Positions 1-9,400 of a stretch of DNA of 40,000 bases are shown here, in pieces (positions within the stretch are counted from its first letter, which is position 1; each line of letters starts with the position of its first letter). Source of the stretch: Streptomyces phage Comrade; sequence record MH651172.1; one strand, given 5' to 3'. Position numbers and translations under genes: made by a program. The notes beneath the pieces are model-generated. The model searched no databases and was not told where the DNA came from. It saw nothing but the letters and a program-made list of their open reading frames with translations.

Positions 1-2
1 CC

Positions 3-113
3 GGAGACGGATGGAGATACGAATATGTTCCAAACGCTTATTATGGAACTGGAAGTGTCATTGCTGACCAGCTTCTAGCACCATTTAGATATAGCACAAT
101 GACGGTGATTTAA
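3..113 (+). CDS. C-terminal end of an upstream virion protein (partial; head or head-tail region)
   Basis: Open frame from the window edge: GDGWRYEYVPNAYYGTGSVIADQLLAPFRYSTMTVI, stop TAA 111-113, followed directly by ATG 115. Product guessed from position. Confidence 0.6.
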   Translation, partial: GDGWRYEYVPNAYYGTGSVIADQLLAPFRYSTMTVI

Positions 114-114
114 T

Positions 115-603
115 ATGATTAGATGTCTAGCAAGTGCAAAGTTCAGTATGCTTGCCGATATTATCAAGCCAGAAGGCGCACCGGACGATTCTTCATCTAC
201 AACAGGACATTGGGAGTGGGTTCAGGACCCTGACACTGGAGCTTTTGTTCAAGTATGGGTTACTGATGACCCGGAAACTCCTGATGTTGAAGGAGATGTG
301 AGAACTGTAAAGTGTCGCGCTAAGGCAGCACTTACAGGAAGTATTCGTTCAGCAGAGCATTTCGGCTCAGAGTATTTGAATGAAGAGTGGGTTAAGCTTG
401 AGCTTCCATTCAATGCCGACATTACTTTGAGAGACAGAGTGACAAATATCCGAACACTCAAGGGACAGGTTCTTTGGTCAGAGGAGGAGTCTAGCGGTAA
501 TCCAGCAACTACGTTTGATGTATTCCGTGTGTCTCCAGAAATTGACGGCTTTGGAACTGTAATCGGAAAGATTGCTCTTGTCAAGAGGGCGGTGGTTCAG
601 TAA
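115..603 (+). CDS. head-tail connector / stopper-like protein
   Basis: 162-aa ORF in the conserved morphogenesis position just before the tail genes; stop overlaps the next ATG (TAATG). Confidence 0.5.
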   Translation: MIRCLASAKFSMLADIIKPEGAPDDSSSTTGHWEWVQDPDTGAFVQVWVTDDPETPDVEGDVRTVKCRAKAALTGSIRSAEHFGSEYLNEEWVKLELPFNADITLRDRVTNIRTLKGQVLWSEEESSGNPATTFDVFRVSPEIDGFGTVIGKIALVKRAVVQ

Positions 604-1427
604 TGGCAAGAAACTATGTTGGATTCAATGTAGACTTCGCTGAGGCTGCCGCTCTCTCCGGATTTCTTAAGACTCTATCTACCGAAATTAAGACAACCCG
701 ACATATTGGTCCTGTTTTGAAGTATGTTCATTCAGTCATGTCTCAGGAGTTCACTGATTACATGACTGTTATGGCTGCTTCACAGCCATCTAGATTCCAT
801 CACGTTTACGAATGGGGAGAGGCTGGAAATCCAGGAGCACGTCTATGGGAGGACGTTCTAATTGGTGGAGGAAATAGCCGTACAGCATCATTTAGATGGA
901 AGGCATCAAAGCAGGTTGTTCCTGTTCGCGATGATTTTCAAGCGGCGGGTGTAAAGCAAATCCACGTCTTTGTATGGAAGGCTCCAGTAATGGAATATAA
1001 CAAGCAGATTACTATCTCTCCTAAGAGAGGTAAGATTCTCGCTTACTTCACTGGACCAACAAATCCTGAGGGAAAGTATAAGATGCAGTTTACTCAGAAT
1101 CCAATTCAGGTAAGTAATCCTGGTGGAAGACTTACTACTGGTTCGTTTACACGAGAATACGTTTCTTGGTGGGGTGGAGCTGGTTCTCAGGGAGTCTTTG
1201 AATCTCGAATTAGAAAGATTCTAGAAGAGGATTTGGGTAAAATGCCTATTGAGTCTGCCACGAAGAGATTTAGAAGACCTACCACTAAGACTTTCAAGAT
1301 GCAGACTCTTGGACAGGCCACACAAGCTGAGGCATATGGAAAGGCAGCAGCAAGAAAGTATCTTGGGTCTAGGTCTAACAAGTATATTGAGGCAGCGAAG
1401 GCCCGAGAGAGGATTATTTACGGATGA
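603..1427 (+). CDS. neck / tail completion or minor capsid protein
   Basis: 274-aa ORF between connector and tail terminator candidates; tightly coupled to neighbours. Confidence 0.45.
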   Translation: MARNYVGFNVDFAEAAALSGFLKTLSTEIKTTRHIGPVLKYVHSVMSQEFTDYMTVMAASQPSRFHHVYEWGEAGNPGARLWEDVLIGGGNSRTASFRWKASKQVVPVRDDFQAAGVKQIHVFVWKAPVMEYNKQITISPKRGKILAYFTGPTNPEGKYKMQFTQNPIQVSNPGGRLTTGSFTREYVSWWGGAGSQGVFESRIRKILEEDLGKMPIESATKRFRRPTTKTFKMQTLGQATQAEAYGKAAARKYLGSRSNKYIEAAKARERIIYG

Positions 1428-1969
1428 CAAATTACAAGCCAATTGGCGCACACCAAGTTAACAAGTGGCTTTGGTCTCAGCTTAAGAACTTTGAATATAA
1501 GACTGGGGTAAAGGCATTTAAGGATTATAAGGATTCTGGAAATACTTCTGGATTCCCTGTTGTCCCAATTATTCCGGGTGTTCAATCATCTGCATTTAGT
1601 GATATGACTGGAAACAGAAGTCCTTTCATTGTTTATAATTACATTACTAGCGGCTATACCACTGAATGGTGGCTGTGTCGAGAGCAGTGTGCTTATGTCA
1701 TTTACGACAACGATGAAGAACGCTTGATTTCAATTCTTCATTATATGTCAGATTTGCTTAAGAGAATGGATTGGACAGCCAGAAATATCAATAACAGTGG
1801 TCTAGCTGACCCGAGATTTGATATGAAGTATGTACAGCTTACAAGCTCTGCTGGTCCTGACGATTATCAGGTCACCACAGAGCTGAGTTTGAGAGGGGCC
1901 ATGCTGGTAATCAATTACGAGTACACAGTAGATATGGACACTCTTGAAGGCAGTGGCCTTAGGGTATAA
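1424..1969 (+). CDS. tail terminator-like protein
   Basis: 181-aa ORF immediately upstream of the major tail protein candidate; ATGA overlap with the previous gene. Confidence 0.5.
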   Translation: MTNYKPIGAHQVNKWLWSQLKNFEYKTGVKAFKDYKDSGNTSGFPVVPIIPGVQSSAFSDMTGNRSPFIVYNYITSGYTTEWWLCREQCAYVIYDNDEERLISILHYMSDLLKRMDWTARNINNSGLADPRFDMKYVQLTSSAGPDDYQVTTELSLRGAMLVINYEYTVDMDTLEGSGLRV

Positions 1970-1978
1970 TTCGGGAAT

Positions 1979-2006
1979 TTGGCTTTAGAACCGAAATCGC
2001 GATAAT
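1979..2006 (+). promoter_or_regulatory. Putative promoter for the major tail protein gene
   Basis: TTGGCT (1979-1984), 16-nt spacer, GATAAT (2001-2006) in a 104-nt intergenic region. Confidence 0.45.
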
Positions 2007-2073
2007 ATACTTTTAGAGGAAGTGCCTAGCCAGCACACAAATCTTTTAACCTAAATGGAGGTGACATTCAAAA

Positions 2074-2703
2074 ATGGCATATCAGGTACGTAACATTATT
2101 ATTGGTGCAGCGGCTCTCTACATTTCTGCAAAGGATTCAACCGACGCAGCATGGGGAGGCGGTCCAGCACTACCAGCGGCACCGGGTGCAGGTAGTTCAT
2201 ACACAACTACTCTTGATACTTCTGCTGACTGGCGTCATGCCGGTTTCACAACAGAAGGTCTTGAGGTTTCATATGAGCCTGACTACGGAGACGTTGAGGT
2301 TGACCAGCTTCTAGACTCTGCTAAGTTGTTCAAGCAGTCTATGCGTGTAACGATTAACACGACTCTTGCTGAGGCAGCTCTAGAGAATCTTCTAGTTGCT
2401 TGGGGTCAGCAGTCTGCAACTCTAACTTCAACATCAAGCACGACTGAGCTTGGAATTGCAGCAGGTGCTCTTGGTGATGAGCCAGTTGAGCGCGCTCTTG
2501 TAGCCGTTGGACCTGGTCCAAAGACGGCTGCGGGTGCAAAGCGTGAGCGTCTATACCACGCCCGCCGTGTTCTGTCTGTTGAGTCTTCAGCTCACAGCGT
2601 TCGTCGTAATGAAGCTACGGTATTCCCAGTTGCATTCCGACTTCTACCAGACCCTAACTTCAGTGGTTCTGAGTATGGTGTAATTAGAGACCGTAACGTC
2701 TGA
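2074..2703 (+). CDS. major tail protein
   Basis: 209-aa ORF with strong RBS (GGAGGTGAC), own promoter and downstream terminator, directly before the tail assembly chaperones. Confidence 0.7.
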   Translation: MAYQVRNIIIGAAALYISAKDSTDAAWGGGPALPAAPGAGSSYTTTLDTSADWRHAGFTTEGLEVSYEPDYGDVEVDQLLDSAKLFKQSMRVTINTTLAEAALENLLVAWGQQSATLTSTSSTTELGIAAGALGDEPVERALVAVGPGPKTAAGAKRERLYHARRVLSVESSAHSVRRNEATVFPVAFRLLPDPNFSGSEYGVIRDRNV

Positions 2704-2716
2704 GTTTAATTTTAGT

Positions 2717-2755
2717 GAAAGCTACCCCGCATGAAAATGCGGGGTCTTTCATTTT
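2717..2755 (+). terminator. Rho-independent terminator after the major tail protein
   Basis: 9-bp stem ACCCCGCAT-GAAA-ATGCGGGGT (GNRA loop), flanked by GAAAG/CTTTC that can extend pairing, then ATTTT. Confidence 0.8.
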
Positions 2756-2781
2756 GTGTTCTCGTAAAATCATGGTAAACT
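2754..2781 (+). promoter_or_regulatory. Putative promoter for the tail chaperone/tape measure operon
   Basis: TTGTGT (2754-2759), 16-nt spacer, TAAACT (2776-2781), starting immediately after the terminator. Confidence 0.4.
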
Positions 2782-2812
2782 AGAATCACTAATGGAAGGA
2801 AAGATTATCTAA

Positions 2813-3163
2813 ATGGCAACGACAGTTTATACAACCGAAGAGGTCGAGCTTCAGGACGGCACCACGGTTACTCTAAAGCCACTCACAATTAAGAATCTAC
2901 GTAAGTTTATGAAGGCAATGGAGGGTTTTGCAGAGGCAACAACTGAAGACGAGGGTCTTGAGGTTATGCTTGATTCAGCCGCTCTTTGTCTAAAGGCACA
3001 GCGTCCAGAGTTTTGGGATGAGAAGACTTCTAAGCACTCAGAAGAATTTGAGGATGCAGTAGATATTCCGACAATCTACAAGGTTCTTGATGTCTGTGGA
3101 GGTATCAAGTTGAATGACCCAAATCTTCTAGCGGCGGCAGCGGAGGCTCTTGGGAGGAACTAA
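2813..3163 (+). CDS. tail assembly chaperone, short form (G-type)
   Basis: 116-aa ORF directly between major tail protein and tape measure protein. Confidence 0.85.
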   Translation: MATTVYTTEEVELQDGTTVTLKPLTIKNLRKFMKAMEGFAEATTEDEGLEVMLDSAALCLKAQRPEFWDEKTSKHSEEFEDAVDIPTIYKVLDVCGGIKLNDPNLLAAAAEALGRN

Positions 3164-3459
3164 ACCTCGCCCAGCTTGAGGCTGAGGTTTTTCTTCTAGG
3201 GCACTGGAAAAACTTCGAGGAGATTGAGGACAACCTCACTCTAGATGAACTCCAGGCTATTTTGGAAGCCGCAAGAGATAAGGAATATAGAGGACAGAAA
3301 TTCGCAGCAGCTCTGAAGGGTATCGACCTTGATGAGAAGACCGGAAACAACGATACATCATTTGATGATATTAAGAGACGAGCAGAGGCTAAGCTGCATG
3401 GTGTTTCCGAAGACGAAATCGAATTCTCTAATATTGGTATTGCAGTAATTGAAGAATAA
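2813..3459 (+). CDS. tail assembly chaperone, -1 frameshifted long form (GT-type)
   Basis: Zero frame C CCA AAT at 3118-3124 allows -1 slippage into the frame ending at TAA 3457-3459; predicted fusion ...LNDPN|SSSGGSGGSWEELNLAQLEAEVF...IAVIEE, about 215 aa. The -1 frame opens right after TGA 3115-3117. Confidence 0.85.
3118..3124 (+). promoter_or_regulatory. Programmed -1 ribosomal frameshift slippery heptamer CCCAAAT
   Basis: Matches X XXY YYZ in the correct reading phase, in the expected gene pair, with the -1 frame open on its 3' side. Confidence 0.8.
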
Positions 3460-3465
3460 GGACTG

Positions 3466-6400
3466 ATTGAAATAGAAAACATTCAAATTCGCTTTAGTGG
3501 CTCCGCAAACTTCAGGGAAGTTTATGGAGAAGTAACCCGACTGAACCAGCAGTTGCAGATTATGCAGCGTACAATGGCGTCGGGCGCTTTGTCTATGGCG
3601 GATGTCAATACTGCAAGGGCCGGATTTACTCAGGCTGCCAATGCAACCGGACAACTAGCAACTCAGGCTGTACGTGCTCGCACAGAGACCTCTCTGCTTA
3701 CTGAGGCAATCGCAAAGGGAGACCTTGGTTATAGGCAGTCTATGCGAGTACGTCAGCAGTTTAACAATATTCTTCGAGAGCAGTATCAGCTCCAGAGAGC
3801 TACTGCTGTACAGTGGACTCAGTCTACTAATGGCCGAATGACGGCCGACTTGGTAATTCCACGAACCGCATCAGCCGCAATGAATGCCTACACAGGCTCA
3901 ATTGCGGCTAATTCGCGTGCTCTGATTACTAACATTGGTAATATGACCGCATGGTCGGCAGCAGCACGTGTTATGCAAATGCGAATTGGTCTAGCTTCTG
4001 CTGCAATGGTTGCTTCGTCTGAGGCAATGGTTAAGTGGGGTAAGAACACCCAGTGGGCTGGTCGTCAGCTAATGGTTGGTTTCACCATCCCGCTTATGGC
4101 TTTTGGCGCGGTGGCTGGTAAGGCTGCTTATGACGTAGATGCAGCAATGACACGTATTGCTAAGGTTTATGACACAACTGCTACTTCTGTTGCTGGAAAG
4201 CAGAGAGAGCTTGATTCTCTCCGCTCTGAGTCTATGAATATGGCTACTCAGGTTGCTAAGAAGTATGGTCAGTCTGTCAAGGACACTCTAGACATCGAGG
4301 CTCAGCTTGCTGCAACAGGTCTAAAGGGCCAGGAGCTACAGCAGTCTACCGTACAGGTTACCCGTGCTGCAACCCTTGGTGAGCTTGACCGACAGGATGC
4401 TATTAAGGCAACTATTTCTCTTCAGTCTGTATATAATGCGGAATGGCAGAAGACTGGCGGATTGGCCAAGAATACTGCTGAAGCTTTCGAATACATGAAC
4501 GCAATGGAGAATGCAACCAGCCTTTCCATGCAGGACTTTGTTGAGGCAATTCCTCGTGGTGCTGGTGTTCTTAAGGGTCTAGGTGTTGGCCTTAGAGAAA
4601 TGGGTCCATTGCTTGTTGCTCTCAGACAGCAGGGTATTTCCGCTGCTGAGGGTATGAATGGTTTGCGTTCTTCAGCTCAGAGACTTCTATTGATTACTCC
4701 ACAGGCTGAGGATATGTGGAGCAAGTACCTTCCTAACAAGGGGACACTACAGAGCATTGTAGACCAGACCGAGGGTCAGTTTATTCCTACTCTTGAGAAG
4801 ATGGCTGATGCAATGGAAGGACTTAAGCCATATCAGCGTCAGCAGATTTTGACTAAGGTCTTCAATGTTTACCAGAACAACAAGATGTTGGCAGTTCTTG
4901 ATGGTCTTACAAATAAGACTGGTCAGGTTGCTACCGCATTTAAGGTTATGAACCAGGATGCCACAAAGAACGCCTTGACTGCTCAGCAGGAGCTTGACCG
5001 TATGGCCGAGTCTGCTTCTGGTAAGTTCAAGCGTGCTCTTGAGAACCTAAAGGCTCAGATGGCTGTACTTGGTGAGCCGTTCCTTGAGGCTGCATCTGAA
5101 ATCGTGGGCTTTATCTCTAAGCTTGTCGATATGTTTAACGCGATGCCAGGACCACTAAAGAAGTTCCTATCTTACATGGTTATCTTCGGAGCCATCGTAG
5201 GTCCTATCATCATGCTTGTTGGTCTATTCGCTAACTTGATTGGAAATATCTTTAAGCTTGCTGGAACTGTTGGTGTTCTTCTTTCAAGATTCCGCCCATT
5301 GACTATGGAGCAGAGGGCACAACAGTTGCTAGCTAATCAGTCTTCCCTAGCCTGGAACAACCAGGCTCGTGCAGCACAGGCTTTGTCTATGCAGCTTACT
5401 ACTTTGACTGCTCAGATGGAAAGAACTGCTATTGCTCAAATGCAGATGAATGGTACGGCAATTACTAGATTTGGTAATACCACTCCAAACTATGCCACGA
5501 ATATTGGTGGTATTGGTCCTGCGGCTCCGCCAACAAATAGTCCTTATGGAGTAAATGCGGCGGGTCGTAACTACAATACTACAACTGGTAGATTGGTATC
5601 TCAGGCAGAGGTAAATGCCTATGCTTCTGCTCAGGCTGCTGCTGCTAGGTCATCTGCACAGACTGCGGCAAATACGACAACCACCCGTAGAAACTGGAGT
5701 GGAATTGCTACCTCAATGGGAGCTGTCGGTGTAGCTGCTGCTGGTATGGCTTTGATGACTGGTTCATCAAGTCAGATGATGAATAATATCATGGCTGCCG
5801 TTCTTGCTGCATCCCTACTTGGCCCAATGCTTGTAAAGGCTTTCCGTAGTGCTGGAATTGCTGCGGCTGCTGCAAATGTCGCTGGAGCATTTAGCTTTGG
5901 TCGAGCAACTGGAGCTGCTGCCGGTGCTGGTCGTGCTGGTGCAGTTGGCCAGGGTCTTTTGGCTGCCCTTCCTGCGGCTGGAAGGCTTGGAATGGTCATT
6001 GCTAGGTTTGCTGGTCCGGCTGGTCTTTTGGCTACTGGTGCTTACATGGCATATAAGCTTTATGGGAACATGAAGAAGGGTATTGAAACCCAGAAGAGAA
6101 TTAACGAGTCTGCTAAGGACTGGGGAGACATTCTCGGATTCGTTTACCATGAGGCTGGAGAGATTACTACTCAGGAGGGTAAGACAAAGTCTACTCTTGA
6201 TGCTCAGGTAACCAAGATGAAGGAAAAGAACAAGGAGCTTGTCAAGAGTCTCCAGCTTGCAAAGGCGGCTGGTGACCAGGAGAAGGCTGTAAACCTTGCA
6301 ATTTCCGAGGGTCTTAAGGTTCGAAATCACGGTGGTTCTGCTAATGACGCAATGAACGCTGCTCGTATTTCTCTAAGAGCCGCTGGATATACCAGCCAGG

Positions 6401-9400
6401 AGATTGAGCCTCTAATCCAGGAGATTAAGGTCAAGGTAAACTTTGAAGATGCCAAGAGCACCATGAAGGCTCAGATGAAGGAATTCGCTAGCACCTTCAA
6501 TAAGGTTGCTAATAATGAATTCGGTCAAGGTGGCTGGGAAGGCTTTACTCGTGCATTCTCTGGAACTGGAGAGATTAACCAGAATGCTGCCGAGCGTGGT
6601 AAGGGTATGGCTAAGGAATTCTGGACAGCATTTCAGGCTCAGAATGACATGTCTTCACGTAGAAATTACTTTGATGAATTCTACAAGTCAGTTGGCAAGG
6701 AAAACAAGATTGCTTGGGGACGACTTGGAAACGATAACCGCGAAGACCTAAAGAAGGCGGGTATTGAATCATGGAGAGAATTCGCCAATGCTTACCGTGA
6801 CGCTCAGGATATGACTGACATCGAGTTCAGAAACACATGGGCTGACGGTGATATCGAAAAGGCGAATGAGCTTAAGCGTGCCCTCCGTGGACTTGGTGGA
6901 GAAACCCGTGAGTATGCTGAAAAGCACATGGATGCCGAGAAGTTTGTTGCTCGTGAGATTGCCAAGAAGAACAACATGTCTGATGAGGAAATCAAGAAGA
7001 TTCACTCTCTAGATGACTTGTATGGAAAGCTTGACATGGCTTTGATGACTGTAGCAGATGCTCAGGCAACATACAAGCGTGTTCTTTCTCAGGCATATCG
7101 TGACCAGGGTAATCTTTCTAAGAAGGAGCAGCTACGTATCCTTAACATTTACCGCGTAAATGCTGGTCTCGAAAAGGCGAAGTCTGTTGAACAGGGCTTT
7201 GGCGATGTTATCGATTCCACGACGGGTAAGGTAAAGGATAACGCTAGTGCACTCCAGGAAGCTGCTGTATCTGTAGATGACTGGAACAATTCACGCCAGA
7301 AGGCAATGTCTGGTGCGATGGACACTGTCCTTTCCGAGGCTGACGAAATTTGGCAGGAAAGAGCAGACCGTGAGATTTCAGCTATTGAAGCATCTGGAGA
7401 GCGTAGGGAGAATGCTCTAGATTCTGCCGCTGAGCGACAGGATGCCCGTTTTGATGCTCGTGCCGAGGCTGCCGATAAGAGATTCGATAAGCGCTCAAAG
7501 AACCTTGATAAGCGCTGGGACAAGATTATGGAAGACTTCGATAATCGTTGGGATGCCAGAATCAAGCGCGAAGAGGCCGCATACAATAAGAAGATTGACA
7601 ATATCAAGAAGGCTATTGCGGCTGAAGAGAAGGCTGAAGAAACTCGTCAGAAGATTTTCGAGGCTGAGAAGACTCGAATGGAACGTATGGCAGCAATGGC
7701 TAACCAGAACATTGATTTCAATGTTGCTGTCAATACAGGTAACCTAGACGAGGCTGCTAAGATTGCAAATAACATGCAGTCTACCACAGACTCATGGACA
7801 CTTGATGACGCTGCTGCATCTAGCCAGGACCAGTCAGACGCTCGTAAGCAAAAGATGGAGGGTCAGATTACGACCCTTGAGGCTCAGCGTGACAAGCGTA
7901 TCGAATCTCTTAAGAAGGTTGAAGAGGCCGAAAAGAAGGCTCTTGAGGCTAAGAAGGCTCGTGAGCAGGAAGCTCTAGCCGCTGAGCGTGAGCGTTACAA
8001 CAAGGCACTTGAGGCTGAAAGAGAGCGTTACCGTAAGGGTATCGAGGCTCAGAAGAAGGCTATTCAGGAGCAGACTCGTCGTGATGTTGAGGCTAAGCGT
8101 AAGGAGCTTGACCGTATGAAGAAGACTCTTGAACAGGAGCTTCTAGCGGTCCGTGCCTCTATTCCTCGCAATAAGAAGGAATACCAGAAGCAGATTTCTA
8201 CAATTGAGGGTCTTTACAAGAAGTATGGTGTAAACCTAAAGAGCCAGGGTAATCGATGGGCAGACACAATTGGTAATGCCCTTACCTCTCACGTCAAGGA
8301 AGCTGCTGCTGACATCAAGAACAAGATTGCTTGGGGTAGCGTAGCCAACAAGGTAACTCAGGAAATGGTTGATGGTGGATTTAATCTAACCACTTCTCAG
8401 TTCATGAAGTGGGTTACCACTGGAGAGCTTCCTAAGAGCTACAAGGCACCATCAAAGCCAAAGACTCGACACAAGGGTGGACCTGTTTCAGGTAATTCTA
8501 AGTATGATAACCGTGGTGGTCGTCACTGGGGTGCTGGTCTGCGACGAGACGAATCATTCGCTCTTCTAAAGAATGATGAGTATGTTCTAAATGGTAAGGC
8601 TCACAAGATGCTGGGAACTTCTAACCTTGACCGCATTAACAAGGGTGATGTTGGAACTGGCGGAATTGGTGGAGCTTCCGATGGTCTAGGTCTTCTAGGT
8701 GCTTTCGCGGCGGGTATGGAAGGAATGTACGAATCTGCTGCACAGATGGCAATTGAATCAGCAGGAAATCAGGCTATGGGATTTGGCATTGATGGAATGG
8801 CAATTGCTGGTGCAGCCGGTATGTATGGAAACGTACGCCTAAGTAATGAGCAGCTAAGCAATGCTGCTGCCATTATTGGTGTAGGTAAGTCTCTTGGTGC
8901 AACAACCCGAGACAACATCATCGCCATTATGACAGCTATGCAGGAGTCTACTCTTCGTAACCTAACTTATGGTGACCGTGACTCTGTTGGTTTGTTCCAG
9001 CAGCGAAACGCATGGGGTTCGTTCGCTGACCGTACAAATCCTTCAAAGGCTGCCAGAATGTTCTTCCTTGGTGGTGCGGCTGGACAGAGAGGTCTATTCG
9101 ACTTCCCTAACCGAGCAAAGATGAGCTTGGCTCAGGCTGCTCAGGCCGTTCAGGTTTCTGCCTTCCCAAGTGCTTATGCTAAGTGGGAAGATATGGCTCG
9201 TGCGGTTGTTTCCGGAACAGGTTTCCAGCCATTTGGTGGAACTGGTGGAGGAACAAAGCGTCGTCCTGTTAATTCTCCTGTGTCTCGTAGCTATGCGAAT
9301 CACAGTAACCTACCAAGGGCTACCGACTTTGGTTCTCCTGTGGGAACTCCTGTTCGCGCGGCTATGAATGGTGTTGTTACAACTTCTGCCGACTTGAGAA

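Noticed and set aside
3262-3459. ORF 3262-3459 as an independent 65-aa gene
   Set aside because: It is the 3' part of the -1 frame downstream of the CCCAAAT slippery site; the frame is open from 3118 and best explained as the chaperone extension.
5772-8000. ORFs on either strand inside the tape measure gene (e.g. 5815-6330 minus, 7149-7607 minus, 7442-7747 plus)
   Set aside because: They lie within a strongly supported long coding frame, are low-complexity shadows of the Ala/Lys/Glu-rich sequence and lack ribosome binding sites or coupling.
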